Below are positions 48,969 to 58,864 of a stretch of DNA of 58,864 bases, in pieces (within the stretch, counting starts at the first letter, position 1; every line of letters starts with the position of its first letter). The notes below the pieces were generated by a model. That model was not told the origin of the DNA. It worked only from the letters and a program-made list of their open reading frames with translations, and did no database searches. Location of the stretch: the NCBI GenBank assembly GCA_031409275.1, contig JANNXA010000042.1, forward strand, positions 1-58,864, written 5' to 3'. Position numbers and translations under genes: made by a program. Origin of the DNA: Planctomycetota bacterium. Lineage in GTDB: Bacteria > Planctomycetota > B15-G4 > SIAN01.

Positions 48969-49798
48969 GTGGAACGACCTTTCCCGGGCGCTCGTGGGCC
49001 AGCGCCGCAGAACCAGGCAGCAACGCCGCCGCCGGCGACCTCTTGAGAGGGCGAAGCGGCACCGTCACTCGGGGGGACCAGGAGTCATGGTGCACGGCGC
49101 CGAGCCGTGCACCGGGAAAAGCTCAGTGAAGGACGGGAGTTGGCCGGCGGCGCGCAGAAGACCGCGGACGGGCTGGGTCGCGGCAAGAGCGATCGCGCGA
49201 GAGGCCGCGTGCGGACGGCGCGAACTTACCACCGGTTGGAAGAGCGGCAACTTGCGCGCGCGCCCACGTGAAGTGCCCACTCAACGCCGCTCGAACCGCG
49301 CTCGAAACATGCATCGTTTCGCTTCCTGCGGTGGACAAACGGTGCCCGGCACAAGCTGCCATTTCGATGGAACTTGGCCGAAACAGCGCGCCGTCCAAAG
49401 GGCGCCCCAGGGCGTGGCGTCGTTGTTCGGGACGCTTCGTACCTCAGCTCACTTCGGTCGGCAAGCCTCTCTCGGTGCCGATTTGGCGGTGGCGCGTACG
49501 AATCCACGCGAAAGCACTTCCGATCTCTGGAGGAACGGCAGGATCAGGACTTCAGCTCGGCCCCGATTCGGGCGATCCGAGGCTCTCGGTTACGGTCGTA
49601 CAACTCATCGATCATGGGCCGAATTCGTCGGGCAACCGACGGGAAGAAGCCCAGAGAAAGCTCGCGACGTGGGCACCGGCGCGGGCTTTTTCTTTTTTGC
49701 GCCCGAGAGATTTTTTGGGGCCTAGTCGCCACCGCCGCGCCAGGGGTCGCGTCCTTGCGCAACGTCGCGCCCCGTCGCCGCCGCCGGTCCATGCTCTC

Positions 49799-49840
49799 GC
49801 CTCGAAGCGCTCGCCTCGAAGCGCTTGCCTCGAAGCGCTC
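49799..49840. repeat. 3 x 14-bp tandem repeat GCCTCGAAGCGCTY
   Basis: Units at 49799, 49813 and 49827, abutting the DUF5658 gene stop. Confidence 0.85.
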
Positions 49841-50345
49841 AGAGCCCGCCGAGCCACCCCGATTCATGCGCGAACGCCATGAGCTGCAGGACGACGTGAT
49901 AGATGCCGAGCAGGAAATAGAACCCAAAGCCGATCGTCAGCGCGACCCGGCCGTAGCGGTAGTTCTTGTGGATCATGACGAACAGCAGCAGCAGCGCCGT
50001 CGGCAGCCCCTTCCCTAGCACGAAGAAGATTCGCCCCTGCCGCAGCAGCCAGTCGGCCACCGGGTTCCACTCAGAACCCTCGACGTGATCGATGTAGTAG
50101 ACGGTGGCGATCGCGTCGAACACCGTCAGCCCGAAGAAGACGAGCACCAGGATCGCCGAGCGCGTGTCGTACACGTCGACGTAGGACTCGTCCGGGCGCA
50201 AGGCGGCGGCTCCGCGGCGACCGCCGATGAAGGACCAGCGACTCAGCATCGGCGTTGGTCGGCGCCGGCGCTCCACGAAGCCGGGCGTGCCAGGCAGGTT
50301 GCGCGGCGGCGCGCTTGGGTCGGCAGGCGGCGACGGCTCAGTCAA
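49839..50345 (-). CDS. DUF5658-like small membrane protein
   Basis: ERRRRPTPMLSRWSFIGGRR, YVDVY, FDAIAT, EWNPVADW, FVLGK; three TM helices; start uncertain. Confidence 0.65.
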   Translation of the reverse strand: MTEPSPPADPSAPPRNLPGTPGFVERRRRPTPMLSRWSFIGGRRGAAALRPDESYVDVYDTRSAILVLVFFGLTVFDAIATVYYIDHVEGSEWNPVADWLLRQGRIFFVLGKGLPTALLLLFVMIHKNYRYGRVALTIGFGFYFLLGIYHVVLQLMAFAHESGWLGGL

Positions 50346-50450
50346 ACGGGACCCTCTGCAACGCCGAGTGGGCGGAGCTTGAAGTTGCCGCATAGATCGG
50401 CATTTCGACCGCAGACAGCCCAGCCGAAAACGCGCTTCGCCGCCGGCGCC

Positions 50451-50478
50451 TCAAGGGAATTCCCGCAACGGCCGATCT
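50451..50478 (+). promoter_or_regulatory. Possible sigma-28 (FliA-type) promoter upstream of the pilT-like gene
   Basis: TCAAG-N15-GCCGATCT resembles TAAA/TCAAG..GCCGATAA. Confidence 0.4.
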
Positions 50479-50523
50479 AACGGGGACGCCCCTCTCGCCA
50501 GGGCGCGAGGGGATCGCCGCCAT

Positions 50524-51792
50524 ATGAGTAGTTCCACCGATTCGACGGTCACGATGCTGCAACTCTTCGAGGCGATGGTCGTCGCGCACGCGTCGGACCT
50601 GCACCTCAAAGTCGGTTGCCCACCGGGGCTGCGCATCGATGGACATCTCGCGCCACTCGAGGGGATCGTGCCGCTGACGGCCAGCGACCTCGAGCGACTC
50701 CTTGGCGAGATCACGTCGCAGGAGAAGCTCGCCGAGCTCAAGCGGCGCGGCGACCTCGAGTTCGCCCACTCGGTGCAACAGGCGTCGCGCTACCGAGTCA
50801 GTCTGGTCTATCAACGCGGCACCATCAGCGCGGTGCTGCGGCGAATTCCGACGGAAGTCCCCGACATCGATCGCCTCGGCCTGCCGCCGATCGTCAAGAA
50901 GCTCGCCACGTTGCCGCGCGGACTGGTGCTGGTCACGGGCCCCACCGGTTCGGGCAAGTCGACGACCCTGGCCGGGATGATCGACTTCCTGAACCGCGAA
51001 GGGGGCGGCCACATCCTCACGATGGAGGATCCGGTCGAATACGTGCATCGCGACCAGCGCTGCTTCATCACGCAGCGCGAGATCGGGACCGATTGCGAGA
51101 GCTTCGGCCAGGCACTGCGCCGCGCGCTGCGCCACGATCCCGACGTGATCATGATCGGGGAGTTGCGCGACCGCGAGACGATCTCGCTGGCGCTGACCGC
51201 CGCCGAAACCGGCCACCTCGTCCTGGCGACCGTGCACACCCCCGGCGCCGTGCAGACGATCGACCGCATGCTCGACGCCTTCCCCAGCGACGAGCGCAGC
51301 GATGCGCGCGGCCGCCTGGCGTGCTCGCTGCAAGGGATCCTGTCGCAGACGTTGGTGAGCCGCGTCGGCGGTGGACGCGTCGCGGCGCTCGAGATCCTCG
51401 TCATCACGGAAGCGATCCGCAGTTGCATCCGCGAGGGCAAGACCCACCAGATCGCGAGCCAGATCCAGACCGGATCGGTGCACGGCATGCAGACGCAGGC
51501 CAACGGGCTCGCCGAACTCGTGCGACACGGCATCGTGTCGGAGGACGCCGCCATCGGCGTCGCCAACAACCTCGAGGAACTGCGCAACCAGATCACCAGC
51601 GGCGGCGCCGTACTGCGCGTTGCGCGCCCGAACCTGCCGCAGGGACTGCGCCGCTCGCCGTCCGCTCCGGTCGAGCCGCTCAACGCCGGTGAGGCTCCCA
51701 CGCCAGCCGCCCTACCGGCCTTCGGCGCACCGCCGCCCTCCAGCCACACCACCAGCCATCAGCAACTGCTGGAGCGCCTGCGCCGCAGTTGA
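50524..51792 (+). CDS. pilT: PilT/PilU-family type IV pilus retraction ATPase
   Basis: ASDLHL, GPTGSGKSTT, EDPVEY, QREIG, ALRHDPDVIMIGELRD, AAETGHLV.ATVH, AIRSCIRE. Confidence 0.9.
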   Translation: MSSSTDSTVTMLQLFEAMVVAHASDLHLKVGCPPGLRIDGHLAPLEGIVPLTASDLERLLGEITSQEKLAELKRRGDLEFAHSVQQASRYRVSLVYQRGTISAVLRRIPTEVPDIDRLGLPPIVKKLATLPRGLVLVTGPTGSGKSTTLAGMIDFLNREGGGHILTMEDPVEYVHRDQRCFITQREIGTDCESFGQALRRALRHDPDVIMIGELRDRETISLALTAAETGHLVLATVHTPGAVQTIDRMLDAFPSDERSDARGRLACSLQGILSQTLVSRVGGGRVAALEILVITEAIRSCIREGKTHQIASQIQTGSVHGMQTQANGLAELVRHGIVSEDAAIGVANNLEELRNQITSGGAVLRVARPNLPQGLRRSPSAPVEPLNAGEAPTPAALPAFGAPPPSSHTTSHQQLLERLRRS

Positions 51793-51833
51793 CGTGCGCC
51801 GCGCTGAAACCAGCGACCGTCACTTGCTGACGG

Positions 51834-52283
51834 TCACTTGCTGGAGTCGTGCACCTTCACCGAATGGCACTTCGCGCAGTTCTTCTTGGGGGCGAACGCC
51901 TTGTGCTTCACGCCCTCGGCCGGCGCGTCCGTGTGGCAGGTGCCGCAGAACAGCCCCTTGTTGATGTCGGCCATCTTGAACTTGTTGGCGTCGAGCTTCT
52001 TCTTGAAGACCGTCTCGTGGCAGTCGTCGCACTCCATTCCCGCCTTCAGATGGGTCTCGTGGCGATAGAGCACGGAGAACTTCTGCGTCTTGCTCGTGAC
52101 GCGGAAGAGGATGTCGCCGCCGTCCTCCTCCGGTTCCTCCGGTTTGGCGGCAGGCGCTTCCTGCGTGGTGGCGTTCGCGGCCGGACGAAACGTGGCCACG
52201 GCGACGCCGCAGACTGCCAGGACCATCCAATGGAGCAGGCGAACGCGACGGAGAGCGAAGCGCGAGCGATCGGCAAGCGACAT
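51834..52283 (-). CDS. c7-type trihaem cytochrome c
   Basis: Signal peptide; YRHETH, CDDCH, FKMADINKG, CGTCH, CAKCH. Confidence 0.88.
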   Translation of the reverse strand: MSLADRSRFALRRVRLLHWMVLAVCGVAVATFRPAANATTQEAPAAKPEEPEEDGGDILFRVTSKTQKFSVLYRHETHLKAGMECDDCHETVFKKKLDANKFKMADINKGLFCGTCHTDAPAEGVKHKAFAPKKNCAKCHSVKVHDSSK

Positions 52284-52456
52284 GAGCGGTTTCCTGCAGA
52301 GCCAGACGAAGGAGCAGAGCGGGCCCTATTCTTGCGCTCGCAGCGTCCAAAGCACAACCCGCCCACCCTCGCGGACCCGGCATGCCACGCCCGCGCGATC
52401 GCCGCCAATCGCATCTCCCGACGCCGCCCGCCGCCGTGCCGATCACGCCCGGCGCG

Positions 52457-54154
52457 ATGGCGCCGCCGCGCGGACGCGCTCGCGCCACCGCGTTCGCGCT
52501 CGTCCTGCTCGCGCTGCTCGCGTTCGCCAACGGGTTGCGCGGCGAGTTCGTCTACGACGACCTGCCCTATGTCGCCGACAACCCGCAAGTTCAGCAACCG
52601 ACCTTCTCCCGCCTCTTCCTCGAACCGCTGACGAACCGTCCGGAACTCGGCCTCCATCGACCGCTGCCGCTGCTGACCTATGCCCTGCAAGCGAACGGTC
52701 GCGGCCGCGAGGCCCCCACCTGGCCGTTCCACGCGCTGAACGTAGCGCTCCATGCTGGCGTGACGCTGCTGGTATGGCGCCTCTTCCTGCGCATGCGCGT
52801 CGGCGACGCCACTGCGTGGCTTGCGGCGGCGCTCTTCGCGGCCCATCCCTGCCACCTTGAAGCGGTCGTCTGGATCGTGGGTCGCGCCGAGTTGCTCGCC
52901 GCTCTTTTCGGGATCGGCTACCTGCTCCTCGAACTGCGCGAATCAGCGCGCGTGCGCGATCGTGCCGCGGCAGCGTTGCTGCTGCTGCTCGCCGGATGGT
53001 CGAAGGAAAGTACGTTCGTGCTGCCGGCGCTGCTGATCGTGCTGCAGACCGCGCTCGCCGGGACTTCGACGTGGACTGGGTGGTGGCGCGTGACGCGGCG
53101 GCAATGGCCGGCGGCATTGGTGCTGCTCACGTTGCTGCTCGTCCGTTACGCCGCCATGGGAACGCTCGCTCCCGACCGCGCCCTCGCGACCTATCGCCAC
53201 CTCGCCTGGTTCGAGCGGCTCGGCGTCGCGTTCCAGCTCTTCGGCGAGTACTTCGCGCGTTCGTTGGCGCCGCTCACGCCGCGACTCTTCTTCCACGAAT
53301 CGGAGTTCACGCAGCCGCGCGCGCTGGCGCTGCTCGGCTCGGCGAGCTGGATCGCGGCACTCTGGTTCGCGCGCCGCCGTCCCCCGCTGCGCGCCGCACT
53401 GCTCGCCTTCCCGCTCGCGCTCGCGACAGTCCTGAACGTCGTGCCGATCCAGGAGTCGTTCGCGCAGCGCTTCCTCTACCTTCCCAGCGCGTTCGCGCTG
53501 CTGCTGCCGGCCACCGCGCTCGCGGCGTGGCTGGCGCGCGAACGTCGACGAAGCGGTCGGATCGGCGCATCGCTCGCGGCGCCCGCGGTCGCCATCGCGC
53601 TGCTGGCGGGTTCGACGCTGCGATTCAATCCGCTCTTCGACGACGCGCTCACGCTGTGGCGCCACAACGTCGCGCAGGCCCCCGACGTCCCGTTCGTCCA
53701 CTACCAGTTCGCCTACTTCCTCCACGATCACGGCCTCTACCTTCGGCGCGACGCCGAGACTCCGGGCGCGCTCGACGAGTACGAAGCGGCACTGGCCGCC
53801 AACCAGAAGATCGTGGCGCGAGGCGAGCGCGGAATGCCGCCCGACCAGCTCGCGCGCGCATGGCTCTCGATTGGCACCATCTGCCGCGTCCTCGCGCCGC
53901 CGGCTCGCCGCAACCCGCGGCGCGCGAAGGAGGCGCTCGAGCAGGCGATCGCGGTCGGCGAGCGCATCGAACAGCTCGACCTCGAGCTCGGGCGCGCCTA
54001 CTTCCAGTTCGCGCAGCTGAGCGCGGACCACGTCGGAGTGACGCCCGACCTCGCCGAGCGGGCGCTGCGTCGCGCACTGCAGCTTCGACTTCCCGACGCC
54101 TTGCGCCAGTCGATCGAAGAGGAGCTCGCGCAACGAGTGGCGGAGCGCGGCTGA
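52457..54154 (+). CDS. TMTC-like GT-C protein O-mannosyltransferase homologue with C-terminal TPR-like region
   Basis: FVYDD, HRPLPLLT, FHALNVALH, LFAAHP.HLEAV.WIVGRAELL, SKE, QRFLYLPS, LW..TPR-like helices. Confidence 0.85.
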   Translation: MAPPRGRARATAFALVLLALLAFANGLRGEFVYDDLPYVADNPQVQQPTFSRLFLEPLTNRPELGLHRPLPLLTYALQANGRGREAPTWPFHALNVALHAGVTLLVWRLFLRMRVGDATAWLAAALFAAHPCHLEAVVWIVGRAELLAALFGIGYLLLELRESARVRDRAAAALLLLLAGWSKESTFVLPALLIVLQTALAGTSTWTGWWRVTRRQWPAALVLLTLLLVRYAAMGTLAPDRALATYRHLAWFERLGVAFQLFGEYFARSLAPLTPRLFFHESEFTQPRALALLGSASWIAALWFARRRPPLRAALLAFPLALATVLNVVPIQESFAQRFLYLPSAFALLLPATALAAWLARERRRSGRIGASLAAPAVAIALLAGSTLRFNPLFDDALTLWRHNVAQAPDVPFVHYQFAYFLHDHGLYLRRDAETPGALDEYEAALAANQKIVARGERGMPPDQLARAWLSIGTICRVLAPPARRNPRRAKEALEQAIAVGERIEQLDLELGRAYFQFAQLSADHVGVTPDLAERALRRALQLRLPDALRQSIEEELAQRVAERG

Positions 54155-54181
54155 GTTTGCTGCGCGCGCCCGCCGTGACGG

Positions 54182-54760
54182 CTACTCGAGGTGGTCTTCA
54201 TCCGGATCCTGCGACTCGCCGCCCTCTTCCTGGCCGACGAGCCCGGCAAGCAGCCGAGCGAACGCGAGCGGATCGAAGCCCAGCGTGAGCCCCACCAGGG
54301 CCAGGTGGACCTGCGCCGAGAACTGGCTCCCGCGCTCGGCCGCAAGATCGCCGCGCCACTGCGCGAGCCCGCCGCCGCGGATCGCGAAGTCGGAGGTGTA
54401 CCAAGGCGACAAACCGTACTCCGCCCCGCGCAACGACTCGCTGCGCCAGGCGCCCGCGCGCAATCCGGCGGCGAACTCGGGGAGCGCGGTCACGTTCGAG
54501 TCGATCTCGGCGGAACCGATTGCGAGCGCCCCTGCCTGCAGGTAGCGCGTCGCGGTCACGCGCGCTCCGAGGCCAGGACCGAACAACAGCTCACAGTCGA
54601 AGGAGGCTCGCAGCTCGGCGGCGCGGCGCTGCCAGAACGTCGGCCGCGCGCCGGGGTCGACCGGCGCCTGACAACCGGCCAGCGATGCCATCAGCAGCAG
54701 CGCCGCTGGCGCGCAACGAGCCGCCGAAGAACGGCGCGGTGGAAGAGCGAGTGGCGTCAT
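54182..54760 (-). CDS. Hypothetical lipoprotein
   Basis: LAGC lipobox; GPGLGARV, GFDPLAF; ATGA coupling to the sulfatase-like gene. Confidence 0.65.
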   Translation of the reverse strand: MTPLALPPRRSSAARCAPAALLLMASLAGCQAPVDPGARPTFWQRRAAELRASFDCELLFGPGLGARVTATRYLQAGALAIGSAEIDSNVTALPEFAAGLRAGAWRSESLRGAEYGLSPWYTSDFAIRGGGLAQWRGDLAAERGSQFSAQVHLALVGLTLGFDPLAFARLLAGLVGQEEGGESQDPDEDHLE

Positions 54761-56532
54761 CGATTTCCTGCCCGGAGTTCGTCGAGGCGACGCTTGGCCC
54801 ACTCGACCTGAGTGGCCGGAGCCGCCGTCCCGCTTCCGACGGCGCGCAGGAACCGTTCGATCGCTCCCGCGGCATCGGATTCGCCCATGCGGTCGGCAAC
54901 CTGCGCGATCTCGAATAGCAGCGTCACCGAGTCACCGATGAGCTGCATGGCAATCCGGAGCTCGTTCAGCGCGACCACTCCATCGCCACGCGCCGCAGCG
55001 CGACGCCCGGCGCTCCAGTGCTCGGAGGCGTGCATGCCGACGACGCCGCCCACCGGCCCCGCGACGTAGCCGCTCCGGCGCAGGTCGGCGAGCGCGCCTT
55101 CATCGGGCGGCGCATCGACCGTCAGATCACCAGGCAGTTCCTCGAACGGCGCGGTGGCGAGCAGTTCGTCGAGCGCGCGCTGCAACTGGAGTTGGCGCTC
55201 GGGAACGATCGCATCGATCGCCGTCTCGCGGCCATCGGCGTCGACCCGCCACATCGAATCGCCGCCCGGTTCAAGGCGCAGCAGCTTCTCGCCGCCGCCA
55301 CTCCCGTCCGCTCGAAACGCCGCGAAGCGACGGCGATCGATCGCGGTCACGTCGCCGCCCGCGCTGGCGACGAGGTCGACGAGGTCGACCGGTCGGTGGT
55401 ACTGCGCGATCGCCGCCGTCGGCATGCGATCCGGCGGCGGGGACCAATCGGGCACGCGCCCCTCGCTCACGTCCTCGATCCACAGTTTCAGCTCGGTGAG
55501 CAGCACCGGTTCGGGGATGCGGGCCGGATTGACGCGTCCCGGAAAGCGAACGACCAGCGGCACGCGCAACAACGACTCTGCCAGTGACAACTGATGGTCG
55601 ACGAGCCCTTGTTCGCCGAGCTGTTCACCGTGGTCCGAGGTGACGATCACCAGCGTGTCCTCGGCGAGATCGAAGCGGTCCAGGAGGTCGAGCAGTTCGC
55701 CCAGACGCGCATCGGCCGCACGAATCTCGCCGTCGTAGAGCGCGGAGAGGCCCGGCGTATCGGCGGACGTCACGCGCTCCTGCCCGAGCAGCGTCTTCTG
55801 CAGCAGGTCGCCTTGCGCCGCAAGGCCATGCGCTCGCTCGTCGGCGACTCCGAACTGCGTGTCGAACGGTGGCGGCGGCGCATACGGGAGATGGGCGTCG
55901 GCGTAGTTCACGAACAGGAAGAACGGAGTCCGGTCGTCCCGCCGCTCGAGCCAGGCGCGGATCTCCGCGTTCGCGATCCCGGAGTCATCGAGGCCACGGT
56001 GGTCGGCGCGCCGGCTCCAGGTTTCGACGAAGGTCTCGAATCCTTGGTCGAGGTGATAGAGCGACGAGGCGTTGGCGTTCGTGGTGACGCCGAACGTCTC
56101 GCGGCCGGCGCTCGCAAGGCGCTCCGCCATCGTCTCGAACCGGCCGAGCAGCCAGCGGTGCTCGAAGGTGCAGCCGTGCTGCGACGGCGCCAGCCCGGTG
56201 AAGAGCGAGGCGTGGCTCGGCAGCGTCCACGGAGCGACCGTCCGCGCCTGCTCGAAGAGGAGCCCCTCCGCCGCCAGCGCCGTGAGCCGGGGCGTCGTAC
56301 GCTTGGGGTACCCGTACGCCGAACAGTGGTTCGACCCCACCGTGTCGAGGACGACCAGGACCACGGAAGTCGGGCGATGCGGCCGCTGGATGAGGCCGAC
56401 CACGACCAGTCCGATCACCAGCAGCCCCACCATCCAGAGCGCGACCCCGAGCAGGCCGACGCCCGCGCGGAGTCGGGCTCCGGGGGAGCGCCGGAATTGA
56501 CGAAGCGGGGCGCTTCGTGCAAACTGCCGCAC
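54757..56532 (-). CDS. Membrane-anchored sulfatase-fold protein with Thr at the nucleophile position and C-terminal helical extension
   Basis: N-terminal TM helix, VVLDTV, APWTLPSHASLFTG, FVNYADAHLPY, TSDHGE, LRRSGY; start approximate. Confidence 0.87.
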   Translation of the reverse strand: MRQFARSAPLRQFRRSPGARLRAGVGLLGVALWMVGLLVIGLVVVGLIQRPHRPTSVVLVVLDTVGSNHCSAYGYPKRTTPRLTALAAEGLLFEQARTVAPWTLPSHASLFTGLAPSQHGCTFEHRWLLGRFETMAERLASAGRETFGVTTNANASSLYHLDQGFETFVETWSRRADHRGLDDSGIANAEIRAWLERRDDRTPFFLFVNYADAHLPYAPPPPFDTQFGVADERAHGLAAQGDLLQKTLLGQERVTSADTPGLSALYDGEIRAADARLGELLDLLDRFDLAEDTLVIVTSDHGEQLGEQGLVDHQLSLAESLLRVPLVVRFPGRVNPARIPEPVLLTELKLWIEDVSEGRVPDWSPPPDRMPTAAIAQYHRPVDLVDLVASAGGDVTAIDRRRFAAFRADGSGGGEKLLRLEPGGDSMWRVDADGRETAIDAIVPERQLQLQRALDELLATAPFEELPGDLTVDAPPDEGALADLRRSGYVAGPVGGVVGMHASEHWSAGRRAAARGDGVVALNELRIAMQLIGDSVTLLFEIAQVADRMGESDAAGAIERFLRAVGSGTAAPATQVEWAKRRLDELRAGNR

Positions 56533-56635
56533 CCTTTTTTCCACGGCGCAGCCCGACCGCTGCGCCCCGGGGCCGCGCGAGTCCTGATTCGACGGGGTGG
56601 GCTCCCCCTGCGGTCTCTTTTCCCCGAGGTTCGTC

Positions 56636-58750
<2,115 letters not shown>

Positions 58751-58864
58751 GCGGCACCGGCCGCTGATCGAACGCGATGAACGAAGCGGGGCGGGGCGGG
58801 GGCAAGCACACCACGCCCCCCGACCCAATCAACACCCAGCGGCCCGTCGCGGCCAAACCCGGCC

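Noticed and set aside
53069..53086. WxxW motifs in window proteins as DPY19 substrates
   Set aside because: Isolated occurrences in signal or TM-adjacent regions, expected by chance; no thrombospondin-like repeats seen

Overview
High-GC bacterial chromosomal window, probably from a Planctomycetota-like diderm (inferred from the Ser/Thr kinase-TPR, FGE-sulfatase-domain, sulfatase-like, ECF/FecR, kdsA and multihaem cytochrome gene mix; not verified). It has about 42 CDSs. Housekeeping genes include rluD-like, valS, kdsA, a three-part pntAB, truD, an orphan fusA, a sigma-70 paralogue and a pilT-like ATPase, plus one tRNA(CAT), probably Ile2. No transposase, integrase, CRISPR array or rRNA was seen. 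Highlights: (1) a membrane protein carrying ordered motifs resembling the eukaryotic DPY19 tryptophan C-mannosyltransferase; (2) a TMTC-like O-mannosyltransferase, with both GT-C genes close to a Thr-nucleophile (TxPSH) sulfatase-fold gene, suggesting an undescribed envelope or protein glycosylation and decoration module; (3) a 168-bp long-hairpin element in two diverged copies with covariation and strand-biased G-U pairs, upstream of valS and truD; (4) a tandem-duplicated tetrahaem DHOR lipoprotein; (5) a eukaryote-type UDP-galactopyranose-mutase-like gene; (6) an ApgM homologue lacking most metal ligands; (7) a REP-like hairpin array. Starts were re-picked by eye. Family calls rest on recalled motifs, not database searches.
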